Source: Shigella phage ESh31
DNA length: 64,000 nt
Sequence record: ON528741
Reading direction: 5' to 3' (one strand)
Positions 18,776 to 29,274 of the stretch are shown here, piece after piece (the first letter of the stretch is position 1; each line of letters starts with the position of its first letter). The translations under genes and the position numbers were made by a program. The notes under the pieces are model-generated. The model did not search any database, had not been told where the DNA came from, and worked only from the letters and a program-made list of their open reading frames with translations.

Positions 18776-19395
18776 AAAAATATATAACTTATTTAACAAT
18801 ATATAGTGGAGATAAACTTCCTCCTTTTTATATTGGATCTACGTCTTTAGATAGGCATTTAGCTGGATATCATGGTTCAGTTTTATCTAAAAAGTATAAG
18901 AAAATTTATAATAAAGAGCTTTCAGATAATCCTCACTTATTTGATTCATGCATTTTAGCTGAATTTGATACACGTGAAGAAGCTATTAAATGCGAGTTAT
19001 ATTATCAACGATTGCATGATGCAGTTAAAAATCCATTATTCTTTAATATGTCATATGCTGCTCCAAAAGGTTCATTTGGAAGAGATAATAAAGGACAAAA
19101 TCATCCATTATATGGTTCTCATAATTGTAAAGGAAATATACATTCACATGATCCATTAACAGGAAAATCTGCCTTTTTGCCTTATATTCCAGAAGGTTAT
19201 GTAAAAGGAAGGTCAAATAAATTTAAAGCTTCATCACATAATAAAGGTAAAAAATGGTATAATAACGGAGTTAAGCAAATGTTATGTCATGAACCTCCTG
19301 GTCCTGAATGGACAAAAGGAAAAATTAAAGAACTAGTTTCAAAAGCAGCTAAATTAGGATGGAAAAGACACCATGAAAATACTAAACTTGGGTGA
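18772..19395 (+). CDS. GIY-YIG family endonuclease-like protein (Seg-like)
   Basis: 207 aa; N-terminal TIYSG-x9-FYIGSTS spacing like GIY-x10-YIG with downstream R..H and conserved-Glu pattern; overlaps the gene 47 start by 23 nt. Confidence 0.45.
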   Translation: MKKYITYLTIYSGDKLPPFYIGSTSLDRHLAGYHGSVLSKKYKKIYNKELSDNPHLFDSCILAEFDTREEAIKCELYYQRLHDAVKNPLFFNMSYAAPKGSFGRDNKGQNHPLYGSHNCKGNIHSHDPLTGKSAFLPYIPEGYVKGRSNKFKASSHNKGKKWYNNGVKQMLCHEPPGPEWTKGKIKELVSKAAKLGWKRHHENTKLG

Positions 19396-20392
19396 TTGGC
19401 ATTTAGGCGTTAAAGCTGATGATGAGTGGATTCGCGGTATTCAAATTGATGGAATTAAGCAAGCGATAGAATATTCTAAGAAAAATGGAATTACTGTATG
19501 GATTCAATATGGTGATATTTTTGATGTGCGAAAAGCAATCACACATAAAACTATGGAGTTTGCCCGTGAAATAGTTCAAATGCTTGATGACGCTGGAATC
19601 ACATTACATACTATTGTAGGAAATCACGATCTCCACTACAAAAATGTAATGCATCCAAATGCCTCTACTGAGCTTTTGGCTAAATATCCTAATGTTAAAG
19701 TATATGATAAGCCTACTACAGTAGATTTTGACGGATGTTTAATTGATTTAATTCCTTGGATGTGTGAAGAAAATACTGGTGAAATTCTTGAACACATCAA
19801 AACTTCATCTGCTTCTTTTTGCGTTGGTCACTGGGAACTGAACGGATTTTATTTTTATAAAGGAATGAAATCTCACGGTCTTGAACCTGATTTCCTTAAG
19901 ACTTATAAGGAAGTGTGGTCTGGTCACTTCCATACTATCTCTGAGGCTGCTAACGTCAGATATATTGGGACACCATGGACACTAACTGCAGGTGACGAGA
20001 ATGACCCTCGTGGGTTCTGGATGTTTGATACAGAAACAGAACGAATGGAATTTATTCCAAACAATACTACCTGGCATCGTAGAATTCATTATCCATTTAA
20101 AGGAAAAATTGACTATAAAGATTTTACAAATCTATCAGTACGTGTTATAGTAACTGAGGTAGACAAAAATCTGACGAAGTTCGAATCTGAACTAGAAAAA
20201 GTTGTGCATTCATTACGAGTTGTGTCAAAGATTGATAACTCTGTCGAGTCAGATGACAGTGAAGAAGTTGAAGTTCAATCTCTTCAGACGTTAATGGAAG
20301 AATACATTAATGCAATTCCAGACATCACTGATTCTGATCGTGAAGCACTTATTCAATATGCAAATCAGTTATATGTAGAGGCAACACAATGA
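19373..20392 (+). CDS. 47: recombination nuclease subunit gp47 (Mre11-like)
   Basis: 339 aa; phosphoesterase motifs (LGDWHLG, GNHD); matches T4 gp47. Confidence 0.9.
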   Translation: MKILNLGDWHLGVKADDEWIRGIQIDGIKQAIEYSKKNGITVWIQYGDIFDVRKAITHKTMEFAREIVQMLDDAGITLHTIVGNHDLHYKNVMHPNASTELLAKYPNVKVYDKPTTVDFDGCLIDLIPWMCEENTGEILEHIKTSSASFCVGHWELNGFYFYKGMKSHGLEPDFLKTYKEVWSGHFHTISEAANVRYIGTPWTLTAGDENDPRGFWMFDTETERMEFIPNNTTWHRRIHYPFKGKIDYKDFTNLSVRVIVTEVDKNLTKFESELEKVVHSLRVVSKIDNSVESDDSEEVEVQSLQTLMEEYINAIPDITDSDREALIQYANQLYVEATQ

Positions 20393-20652
20393 TTTTTGAT
20401 GAATTTAAAGATGTCATGATGAGTCAGCATTTTGAATGCGAAGTAAAAGATGATATTGGGCATAAAGAAATTATTGAATATTGGTTTGAACCGCTAGAGG
20501 TTGAAGATAATTGTATTAAAAAGGTTACGGTCTGCACTGACTGGGCTGTATCTTTTAACTTCAACATTTTAGATAATGACACACCTAAATCATTACGAGA
20601 TATGGCTGTATCTTGTATTAAGGATGCATACTGTGAAGTTTTCGACATTTGA
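20389..20652 (+). CDS. hypothetical acidic protein (87 aa)
   Basis: ATGA overlap with gene 47. Confidence 0.4.
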   Translation: MIFDEFKDVMMSQHFECEVKDDIGHKEIIEYWFEPLEVEDNCIKKVTVCTDWAVSFNFNILDNDTPKSLRDMAVSCIKDAYCEVFDI

Positions 20653-20839
20653 CATTAATGATGAATTCATAGCAAATATTGATTATACCGAAGAAGATTC
20701 TAGATATGTTGGAATAATTTATATCACATCAAAAGCAGCACAAGGTGTTGTTTGCATGGCTGAATTTGATGAATACTTTTTAGATTATGATGATATGATA
20801 GAATGGTCTAAAAGATACATTAAAAGGAATCTTTTGTGA
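20624..20839 (+). CDS. hypothetical protein (71 aa)
   Basis: Start placed at the internal Met. Confidence 0.35.
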   Translation: MHTVKFSTFDINDEFIANIDYTEEDSRYVGIIYITSKAAQGVVCMAEFDEYFLDYDDMIEWSKRYIKRNLL

Positions 20840-22518
20840 AGAATTTTAAACTAAACCGAGTTAGGTATCAAAATATAATGTCAGTAGGTGGAAATCCTAT
20901 TGACATTCAATTAGATAAGGTTCAAAAAACTCTTATTACTGGCCGAAATGGCGGTGGTAAGTCTACTATGTTAGAAGCCATCACATTTGGGCTTTTTGGC
21001 AAGCCATTTCGTGATGTAAAGAAAGGTCAATTAATAAACAGCACAAATAAGAAAGAACTTTTAGTTGAACTGTGGATGGAATATGATGAGAAAAAGTACT
21101 ATATCAAAAGAGGACAAAAACCAAACGTTTTCGAAATCACCGTTAACGGTACACGTCTTAATGAATCTGCCAGCAGTAAAGATTTCCAAGCAGAATTTGA
21201 ACAGCTTATCGGAATGTCATATGCCAGTTTCAAGCAGATTGTTGTCCTTGGTACAGCAGGGTATACCCCTTTCATGGGTTTGTCGACCCCTGCGCGAAGA
21301 AAGCTTGTGGAAGACCTGCTCGAGGTAGGAACATTAGCTGAAATGGATAAGCTTAATAAAGCACTAATACGTGAATTAAATTCACAAAACCAAGTGCTTG
21401 ATGTTAAAAAAGATAGTATTATCCAGCAAATTAAAATATATAATGATAACGTTGAACGCCAGAAAAAATTAACCGGTGATAACCTTACTCGTCTGCAGAA
21501 TATGTATGATGATTTGGCAAAAGAAGCTAGAACGTTAAAATCGGAAATAGAAGAAGCTAATGAAAGATTAGTTAATATTGTTTTGGATGAAGACCCGACT
21601 GATGCATTTAATAAAATCGGTCAAGAAGCAGTTTTGATTAAATCAAAAATTGACTCGTATAATAAAGTCATTAATATGTATCACGAAGGTGGATTATGTC
21701 CAACCTGTTTGTCACAATTAAGTTCCGGTGATAAAGTTGTTTCTAAAATTAAAGATAAAGTTTCTGAATGCACGCATTCGTTTGAACAGCTTTCAACACA
21801 CCGTGATAATTTAAAAGTTCTTGTTGATGAATACCGAGATAATATTAAAACCCAGCAGTCGTTGGCAAATGATATTCGCAATAAAAAGCAATCTCTAATC
21901 ACGACAGTAGATAAAGCTAAAAAAGTTAAAGCAGCTATAGAAAAAGCATCTTCTGAGTTTATTGACCATGCTGATGAAATAGCACTGCTTCAAGAAGAAC
22001 TTGATAAAATTGTTAAGACAAAAACTAATTTAGTAATGGAAAAATACCACCGAGGAATTTTGACTGATATGCTCAAAGATTCTGGTATTAAAGGTGCTAT
22101 TATTAAAAAGTACATTCCATTATTTAATAAGCAGATTAACCACTATCTTAAAATAATGGAAGCGGATTATGTGTTTACATTAGATGAAGAATTTAATGAG
22201 ACAATTAAATCCCGTGGTCGTGAAGATTTTAGTTATGCTTCATTTAGTGAAGGTGAAAAGGCAAGAATTGATATTGCTCTTTTATTTACTTGGCGTGATA
22301 TTGCTTCTATTGTATCTGGTGTTAGTATTAGTACATTAATACTCGATGAAGTGTTTGATGGGTCATTTGATGCCGAAGGTATTAAAGGTGTAGCGAATAT
22401 TATAAATTCAATGAAAAATACTAATGTTTTTATAATTTCGCATAAAGACCATGACCCACAAGAATATGGTCAGCATCTTCAAATGAAGAAAGTTGGTCGA
22501 TTTACTGTAATGGTTTAA
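20836..22518 (+). CDS. 46: recombination ATPase gp46 (Rad50/SbcC-like)
   Basis: 560 aa; Walker A GRNGGGKST; central coiled coil with CPTC zinc hook; Walker B/D-loop near the C-terminus. Confidence 0.9.
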   Translation: MKNFKLNRVRYQNIMSVGGNPIDIQLDKVQKTLITGRNGGGKSTMLEAITFGLFGKPFRDVKKGQLINSTNKKELLVELWMEYDEKKYYIKRGQKPNVFEITVNGTRLNESASSKDFQAEFEQLIGMSYASFKQIVVLGTAGYTPFMGLSTPARRKLVEDLLEVGTLAEMDKLNKALIRELNSQNQVLDVKKDSIIQQIKIYNDNVERQKKLTGDNLTRLQNMYDDLAKEARTLKSEIEEANERLVNIVLDEDPTDAFNKIGQEAVLIKSKIDSYNKVINMYHEGGLCPTCLSQLSSGDKVVSKIKDKVSECTHSFEQLSTHRDNLKVLVDEYRDNIKTQQSLANDIRNKKQSLITTVDKAKKVKAAIEKASSEFIDHADEIALLQEELDKIVKTKTNLVMEKYHRGILTDMLKDSGIKGAIIKKYIPLFNKQINHYLKIMEADYVFTLDEEFNETIKSRGREDFSYASFSEGEKARIDIALLFTWRDIASIVSGVSISTLILDEVFDGSFDAEGIKGVANIINSMKNTNVFIISHKDHDPQEYGQHLQMKKVGRFTVMV

Positions 22519-22529
22519 TTTATAAGAGA

Positions 22530-22557
22530 TTATGCTTTAATTTATTAGAGTATAATC
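22530..22557 (+). promoter_or_regulatory. middle promoter candidate (MotA box plus -10)
   Basis: TATGCTTTA MotA-box-like element about 12 bp upstream of TATAAT. Confidence 0.5.
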
Positions 22558-22573
22558 TCTATGGAGGAAAAAC

Positions 22574-22762
22574 ATGGAATATTCAACTGGACAGCATTTA
22601 TTAACTTTTCCTGAAATAAAACGATATATTCTGAGAAATAATTTTTCTAATGAAGAGCATATAGTTACTGAATCTATGCTTAGGAATGCATTTAAAGCAG
22701 AATATACAAAAATAATGTCCAATAGAAATGAAGCTTGGACTGTTACTGATTATTATGACTAA
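22574..22762 (+). CDS. hypothetical protein (62 aa)
   Basis: GGAGGA RBS. Confidence 0.45.
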   Translation: MEYSTGQHLLTFPEIKRYILRNNFSNEEHIVTESMLRNAFKAEYTKIMSNRNEAWTVTDYYD

Positions 22763-22771
22763 AGGTGTATT

Positions 22772-23161
22772 ATGACTAAAATTACTGTGAATTATACTGT
22801 TGACGTAAAAGATATTCAGCCAAAACACGTGCGTTCTGAATCAAATCCACAAAACCAAAATAAAATTCGTCGAGCATGGGTTTTGTCTCTTTCTGATAAC
22901 GCAATGGAAGTTATTCAGAACAAAATTAAATCTGCACCTGCTCGTCATGCGTATTATGAAGCTATCGATCGTGAAGTAAGTAATAAATGGATTGAACTAA
23001 TGCGCAAACATACTACAGAATCCCTAAACGCCGGTGCTAAATTTATTATGACTTCATGTGGTGAACGCCTTGAAGATGATTATTGTGGTAATGCAGATGA
23101 ACGTCTAATTGTTGCTGCTCAAATTGTTGCGGAAACAATTGCGGCTGATTTTAATCGTTAA
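22772..23161 (+). CDS. rpbA: RNA polymerase-binding protein RpbA
   Basis: 129 aa; length and position between genes 46 and 45 match T4 rpbA. Confidence 0.6.
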
Positions 23162-23216
23162 TTGCTTTATTAAATTAGTTATAAAATTAAATCTCATTTG
23201 AATTGAAGGAAATTAC

Positions 23217-23903
23217 ATGAAACTGTCTAAAGATACTACTGCTCTGCTTAAAAATTTCGCTACTATTAACTCCGGTATTATGCTTAAATCCGGTCAATTT
23301 ATTATGACTCGCGCAGTTAATGGTACAACTTATGCGGAAGCAAATATTTCTGACGTTATTGATTTTGATGTAGCAATTTACGATTTGAACGGTTTTCTCG
23401 GTATTCTGTCTCTAGTTAATGATGATGCAGAAATTTCCCAGTCAGAAGATGGAAATATTAAAATTGCTGATGCCCGTTCAACAATTTTTTGGCCAGCAGC
23501 CGATCCGAGTACAGTAGTTGCTCCTAATAAACCAATTCCATTCCCGGTAGCATCTGTTGTTACTGAAATTAAAGCTGAAGACCTTCAACAACTGTTGCGT
23601 GTATCTCGTGGTCTGCAAATTGATACAATTGCTATCACGGTAAAAGAAGGTAAAATCGTAATTAACGGTTTTAATAAAGTAGAAGATTCTGCTCTGACCC
23701 GTGTTAAATATTCTTTGACTCTTGGTGATTATGATGGTGAAAATACATTTAATTTCATTATCAATATGGCAAATATGAAAATGCAACCAGGAAATTATAA
23801 ACTTCTGCTCTGGGCAAAAGGTAAACAAGGTGCTGCTAAATTTGAAGGTGAACATGCGAATTATGTAGTAGCTCTTGAAGCTGATTCTACCCACGATTTT
23901 TAA
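23217..23903 (+). CDS. 45: sliding clamp gp45
   Basis: 228 aa; matches T4 gp45; GAAGGA RBS. Confidence 0.9.
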   Translation: MKLSKDTTALLKNFATINSGIMLKSGQFIMTRAVNGTTYAEANISDVIDFDVAIYDLNGFLGILSLVNDDAEISQSEDGNIKIADARSTIFWPAADPSTVVAPNKPIPFPVASVVTEIKAEDLQQLLRVSRGLQIDTIAITVKEGKIVINGFNKVEDSALTRVKYSLTLGDYDGENTFNFIINMANMKMQPGNYKLLLWAKGKQGAAKFEGEHANYVVALEADSTHDF

Positions 23904-23904
23904 T

Positions 23905-23924
23905 AGAGGGCTTCGGCCCTTTAT
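23905..23924 (+). terminator. UUCG tetraloop hairpin
   Basis: AGAGGGCTTCGGCCCTTT after the gene 45 stop. Confidence 0.5.
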
Positions 23925-23954
23925 AATTTACACTAAAACTTGAATGAGGAAATT

Positions 23955-24914
23955 ATGATTACCGTAAATGAAAAAGAACACATTCTTGAACAGAAATATC
24001 GTCCATCTACTATCGATGAATGTATTCTTCCCGCCTTTGATAAAGAAACCTTTAAATCTATTACAAGTAAAGGTAAGATTCCACATATTATTCTTCATTC
24101 TCCTTCTCCAGGAACAGGTAAAACAACTGTAGCAAAAGCATTGTGTCATGATGTAAATGCTGATATGATGTTTGTAAATGGATCAGACTGTAAAATTGAT
24201 TTCGTTCGTGGTCCTTTAACTAATTTTGCGAGTGCAGCTTCATTTGATGGTCGTCAAAAAGTAATCGTTATTGATGAATTTGACCGCTCAGGTTTAGCAG
24301 AATCTCAGCGACATCTTCGTTCCTTTATGGAAGCTTATAGTTCAAACTGTAGTATTATTATTACTGCTAACAATATTGATGGTATTATTAAACCGCTTCA
24401 GTCACGCTGTCGAGTTATTACGTTCGGTCAACCGACCGATGAAGATAAAATTGAAATGATGAAGCAGATGATTCGTCGGTTGACCGAAATCTGTAAGCAT
24501 GAAGGAATTGCTATAGCTGATATGAAAGTTGTAGCAGCTTTGGTTAAAAAGAATTTTCCTGATTTTCGTAAAACTATTGGCGAGCTCGATAGTTATTCAT
24601 CTAAAGGTGTTTTGGATGCTGGTATTTTATCACTGGTTACTAACGATCGTGGTGCTATTGATGATGTTCTTGAGTCTCTCAAAAATAAAGATGTTAAACA
24701 ACTCAGAGCTTTAGCACCAAAATATGCAGCTGATTATTCGTGGTTCGTAGGTAAACTTGCCGAAGAAATCTATTCACGTGTAACTCCACAGAGTATTATT
24801 CGTATGTACGAAATTGTCGGCGAAAATAATCAGTATCATGGTATTGCAGCTAATACTGAATTGCATTTAGCTTATCTTTTCATTCAGTTAGCATGTGAAA
24901 TGCAGTGGAAGTGA
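23955..24914 (+). CDS. 44: clamp loader large subunit gp44
   Basis: 319 aa from the ATG after GAGGAAATT; Walker [10 protein letters not shown]. Confidence 0.9.
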
Positions 24915-24915
24915 T

Positions 24916-25479
24916 ATGAGCTTATTTGAAGATGATATTCAATTAAACGAGCATCAAATTGCTTGGTATTCAAAAGATTGGACAGCTGTCCAATCCGCTG
25001 CTGATTCTTTTAAAGAAAAAGCTGAAAATGAATTTTTTGAAATAATTGGAGCTATCAATAATAAAACTAAATGCTCTATTGCTCAAAAAGATTATTCAAA
25101 ATTCATGGTCGAAAATGCATTATCACAATTTCCAGAGTGCATGCCAGCTGTATATGCTATGAATTTAATTGGATCAGGCTTAAGTGATGAAGCCCATTTT
25201 AATTATCTAATGGCTGCAGTTCCTCGTGGTAAAAGATATGGTAAATGGGCAAAACTAGTTGAAGATTCCACCGAAGTATTGATTATTAAGTTACTTGCTA
25301 AGCGGTATCAAGTTAATACAAATGATGCAATTAACTATAAATCAATTCTTACTAAAAATGGAAAACTACCTTTAGTATTAAAAGAACTTAAAGGATTAGT
25401 CACGGATGATTTTTTGAAAGAAGTGACTAAGAACGTAAAAGAACAGAAACAACTCAAAAAACTAGCATTGGAATGGTAA
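24916..25479 (+). CDS. 62: clamp loader small subunit gp62
   Basis: 187 aa from the internal Met ([18 protein letters not shown]...). Confidence 0.85.
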   Translation: MSLFEDDIQLNEHQIAWYSKDWTAVQSAADSFKEKAENEFFEIIGAINNKTKCSIAQKDYSKFMVENALSQFPECMPAVYAMNLIGSGLSDEAHFNYLMAAVPRGKRYGKWAKLVEDSTEVLIIKLLAKRYQVNTNDAINYKSILTKNGKLPLVLKELKGLVTDDFLKEVTKNVKEQKQLKKLALEW

Positions 25480-25480
25480 A

Positions 25481-25849
25481 ATGATTGAAATTACTCTTAA
25501 AAAACCTGAAGATTTTCTGAAAGTAAAAGAAACTTTGACTCGTATGGGAATTGCTAATAATAAAGATAAAGTTCTGTATCAGTCCTGTCATATTCTTCAG
25601 AAAAAAGGACTATACTATATCGTTCATTTTAAAGAAATGCTTCGTATGGATGGTCGCCAAGTTGAAATGACAGAAGAAGATGAAGTTCGTCGTGATTCAA
25701 TAGCATGGTTGTTAGAAGATTGGGGACTGATTGAAATCGTTCCTGGTCAAAGAACTTTTATGAAAGATTTAACTAATAACTTCCGAGTTATTTCTTTTAA
25801 ACAAAAACATGAATGGAAACTCGTTCCTAAATATACGATTGGTAATTAA
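25481..25849 (+). CDS. regA: translational repressor RegA
   Basis: 122 aa; matches T4 RegA. Confidence 0.85.
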   Translation: MIEITLKKPEDFLKVKETLTRMGIANNKDKVLYQSCHILQKKGLYYIVHFKEMLRMDGRQVEMTEEDEVRRDSIAWLLEDWGLIEIVPGQRTFMKDLTNNFRVISFKQKHEWKLVPKYTIGN

Positions 25850-25850
25850 T

Positions 25851-26072
25851 ATGACTGCTATAACTCCGCAAGAATACATGGCGTCTCTTAAAGAAAAATA
25901 TAATCTTTCTGCAACAGAAACACTTTTTGATTTACCAGAAAACCTTCAACTAAAATTTCAGGTAGAATTTCAAAAATTAATTCACCCAGAACAAAAACAC
26001 TTTACTGCAGTCGTTAAGTCAATTAATGCAGATGGAATGACAATTTTTCACCGACAAATAGTACTAATTTAA
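25851..26072 (+). CDS. hypothetical protein (73 aa)
   Basis: Start at the internal Met directly after the regA stop. Confidence 0.4.
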   Translation: MTAITPQEYMASLKEKYNLSATETLFDLPENLQLKFQVEFQKLIHPEQKHFTAVVKSINADGMTIFHRQIVLI

Positions 26073-26075
26073 GCA

Positions 26076-26096
26076 AGGGGCTTCGGCCCCTTATTT
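26076..26096 (+). terminator. UUCG tetraloop terminator
   Basis: GGGGCTTCGGCCCC followed by TTATTT. Confidence 0.55.
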
Positions 26097-26112
26097 GGAG
26101 TATAATATATCA

Positions 26113-26150
26113 AGAGCCTAATAACTCGGGCTATAAACTAAGGAATATCT
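26113..26150 (+). promoter_or_regulatory. gene 43 translational operator hairpin
   Basis: GAGCC-TAATAACTC-GGGCT hairpin directly upstream of the RBS and ATG of gene 43, matching the T4 gp43 autoregulatory operator. Confidence 0.5.
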
Positions 26151-28847
26151 ATGAAAGAATTTTATATCTCTATCGAAACAGTCGGAAATAATATTGTTGA
26201 ACGTTATATTGATGAAAACGGAAAGGAACGTACTCGTGAAGTAGAATATCTTCCAACTATGTTTAGGCATTGTAAGGAAGAGTCAAAATACAAAGACATC
26301 TATGGTAAAAATTGTGCTCCTCAAAAATTTCCATCAATGAAAGATGCTCGAGATTGGATGAAACGAATGGAAGACATCGGTCTCGAAGCTCTCGGTATGA
26401 ACGATTTTAAACTCGCTTATATCAGTGATACATACGGTTCAGAAATTGTTTATGACCGAAAATTTGTTCGTGTAGCTAACTGTGACATTGAGGTTACTGG
26501 TGATAAATTTCCTGACCCAATGAAAGCTGAATATGAAATTGATGCTATCACTCATTACGATTCAATTGATGATCGTTTTTATGTTTTCGACCTTTTGAAT
26601 TCAATGTACGGTTCAGTATCAAAATGGGATGCAAAGTTAGCTGCTAAGCTTGACTGTGAAGGTGGTGATGAAGTTCCTCAAGAAATTCTTGACCGAGTAA
26701 TTTATATGCCATTCGACAATGAGCGTGATATGCTCATGGAATATATTAATCTTTGGGAACAGAAACGACCTGCTATTTTTACTGGTTGGAATATTGAGGG
26801 ATTTGACGTTCCGTATATCATGAATCGCGTTAAAATGGTTCTCGGTGAACGTAGTATGAAACGCTTCTCTCCAATCGGTCGAGTAAAATCTAAACTTATC
26901 CAAAATATGTACGGTAGCAAAGAAATTTATTCTATTGATGGCGTATCTATTCTTGATTATTTAGATTTGTATAAGAAATTCGCATTTACTAATTTGCCGT
27001 CATTTTCTTTGGAATCAGTTGCTCAGCATGAAACCAAAAAAGGTAAATTACCATACGACGGTCCTATTAATAAACTTCGTGAGACTAATCATCAACGATA
27101 CATTAGTTATAACATCATTGACGTAGAATCAGTTCAAGCAATTGATAAAATTCGCGGGTTTATCGATCTAGTTTTAAGTATGTCTTATTACGCTAAAATG
27201 CCTTTTTCTGGTGTAATGAGTCCTATTAAAACCTGGGATGCTATTATTTTTAACTCATTGAAAGGTGAACATAAGGTTATTCCTCAACAAGGTTCGCATG
27301 TTAAACAGAGTTTTCCGGGTGCATTTGTGTTTGAACCTAAACCAATTGCTCGTCGATATATTATGAGTTTTGACTTGACGTCTCTGTATCCGAGCATTAT
27401 TCGTCAGGTTAACATTAGTCCTGAGACTATTCGTGGTCAGTTTAAAGTTCATCCAATTCATGAATATATCGCAGGAACAGCTCCTAAACCGAGTGATGAA
27501 TATTCTTGTTCTCCGAATGGATGGATGTACGATAAGCATCAAGAAGGTATCATTCCAAAGGAAATCGCTAAAGTATTTTTCCAGCGTAAAGATTGGAAAA
27601 AGAAAATGTTCGCTGAAGAAATGAATGCCGAAGCTATTAAAAAGATTATTATGAAAGGCGCAGGGTCTTGTTCAACTAAACCTGAAGTTGAACGATATGT
27701 TAAGTTCAGTGATGATTTCTTAAATGAACTATCGAATTATACTGAATCTGTTCTCAATAGTTTGATTGAAGAATGTGAAAAAGCGGCTACACTTGCTAAT
27801 ACAAATCAGCTGAACCGTAAAATTCTTATTAACAGCCTTTACGGCGCTCTTGGTAATATTCATTTCCGCTACTATGATTTGCGAAATGCTACTGCTATTA
27901 CAATTTTTGGTCAAGTCGGTATTCAGTGGATTGCTCGTAAAATTAATGAGTATCTGAATAAAGTATGTGGAACTAATGGCGAAGATTTCATCGCAGCAGG
28001 TGATACTGATTCGGTATATGTTTGTGTAGATAAAGTTATTGAAAAAGTTGGTCTTGACCGATTCAAAGAGCAGAACGATTTAGTTGAATTCATGAATCAG
28101 TTCGGTAAGAAAAAGATGGAACCTATGATTGATGTTGCATATCGTGAGTTATGTGATTATATGAATAACCGCGAGCATCTGATGCATATGGACCGTGAAG
28201 CTATTTCTTGCCCTCCGCTTGGTTCAAAGGGTGTCGGTGGATTTTGGAAAGCGAAAAAACGTTATGCTCTGAACGTTTATGATATGGAAGATAAGCGATT
28301 TGCCGAACCGCATCTAAAAATTATGGGTATGGAAACTCAACAGAGTTCAACACCAAAAGCAGTACAAGAAGCTCTCGAAGAAAGTATTCGTCGTATTCTT
28401 CAGGAAGGTGAAGAGTCTGTCCAAGAATATTACAAGAACTTCGAGAAAGAATATCGTCAACTTGACTATAAAGTTATTGCTGAAGTAAAAACTGCGAACG
28501 ATATAGCGAAATATGATGATAAAGGTTGGCCAGGATTTAAATGTCCGTTCCATATTCGTGGTGTGCTAACTTATCGTCGAGCTGTTAGCGGTTTAGGTGT
28601 AGCTCCAATTTTGGATGGAAATAAAGTAATGGTTCTTCCATTGCGTGAAGGAAATCCATTTGGTGACAAATGCATTGCTTGGCCGTCGGGTACAGAACTT
28701 CCAAAAGAAATTCGTTCTGACGTACTGTCTTGGATTGACTACTCAACTTTGTTCCAAAAATCGTTTGTTAAACCGCTTGCAGGCATGTGTGAATCGGCTG
28801 GTATGGACTATGAAGAAAAAGCTTCGTTAGACTTCCTGTTTGGCTGA
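26151..28847 (+). CDS. 43: DNA polymerase gp43 (family B)
   Basis: 898 aa; exonuclease and polymerase motifs (YGDTDS); C-terminal clamp-binding tail SLDFLFG. Confidence 0.95.
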   Translation: MKEFYISIETVGNNIVERYIDENGKERTREVEYLPTMFRHCKEESKYKDIYGKNCAPQKFPSMKDARDWMKRMEDIGLEALGMNDFKLAYISDTYGSEIVYDRKFVRVANCDIEVTGDKFPDPMKAEYEIDAITHYDSIDDRFYVFDLLNSMYGSVSKWDAKLAAKLDCEGGDEVPQEILDRVIYMPFDNERDMLMEYINLWEQKRPAIFTGWNIEGFDVPYIMNRVKMVLGERSMKRFSPIGRVKSKLIQNMYGSKEIYSIDGVSILDYLDLYKKFAFTNLPSFSLESVAQHETKKGKLPYDGPINKLRETNHQRYISYNIIDVESVQAIDKIRGFIDLVLSMSYYAKMPFSGVMSPIKTWDAIIFNSLKGEHKVIPQQGSHVKQSFPGAFVFEPKPIARRYIMSFDLTSLYPSIIRQVNISPETIRGQFKVHPIHEYIAGTAPKPSDEYSCSPNGWMYDKHQEGIIPKEIAKVFFQRKDWKKKMFAEEMNAEAIKKIIMKGAGSCSTKPEVERYVKFSDDFLNELSNYTESVLNSLIEECEKAATLANTNQLNRKILINSLYGALGNIHFRYYDLRNATAITIFGQVGIQWIARKINEYLNKVCGTNGEDFIAAGDTDSVYVCVDKVIEKVGLDRFKEQNDLVEFMNQFGKKKMEPMIDVAYRELCDYMNNREHLMHMDREAISCPPLGSKGVGGFWKAKKRYALNVYDMEDKRFAEPHLKIMGMETQQSSTPKAVQEALEESIRRILQEGEESVQEYYKNFEKEYRQLDYKVIAEVKTANDIAKYDDKGWPGFKCPFHIRGVLTYRRAVSGLGVAPILDGNKVMVLPLREGNPFGDKCIAWPSGTELPKEIRSDVLSWIDYSTLFQKSFVKPLAGMCESAGMDYEEKASLDFLFG

Positions 28848-28860
28848 TAGAATAAATCTA

Positions 28861-28882
28861 GGGACCTCCGGGTCCCTTTTTC
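28861..28882 (+). terminator. UUCG-type tetraloop terminator
   Basis: GGGACC-TCCG-GGTCCC followed by TTTTTC. Confidence 0.55.
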
Positions 28883-28963
28883 ATACAAGTAATATAAATC
28901 TATACTTATGAAAAACAGATGATTCTGGACCTTTAGAATTCCCTAAAAAATTTTCACAAAACT

Positions 28964-29027
28964 GTTTACAAGACTGTTCTTCCATGGTACTATACAACTA
29001 TCAACTAATACGGATTTGGAGAATAAA
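28964..29027 (+). promoter_or_regulatory. early promoter/leader cassette (PeSL-like)
   Basis: GTTTACAAGACTGTTCTTCCATGGTACTATACAACTATCAACTA...GGAGAATAAAATG; near-identical copies at 56210 and 59852. Confidence 0.5.
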
Positions 29028-29264
29028 ATGAAAATTGTTATGGGATGCTTAGCAGTTTGTTTAGTTGCATTAGCAGCAGTTCCATTTGTTAGTGTTGAAA
29101 ATGATACTCAACCTGTGATTGAATCTAGCACCGTTATTCACACTAATGGTAAAATATCAGTTAAAATTGATGATAATCTTCATGTGAATACAAATGGATC
29201 TTTAGGTGTGCAAATGGGTAATACCTGCATAAGCACTACTGGAGTAATTACTACTTGCATTTGA
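29028..29264 (+). CDS. small secreted protein (signal peptide)
   Basis: 78 aa from the internal Met; N-terminal hydrophobic signal MKIVMGCLAVCLVALAAVPF. Confidence 0.45.
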   Translation: MKIVMGCLAVCLVALAAVPFVSVENDTQPVIESSTVIHTNGKISVKIDDNLHVNTNGSLGVQMGNTCISTTGVITTCI

Positions 29265-29274
29265 GGAAATTATT

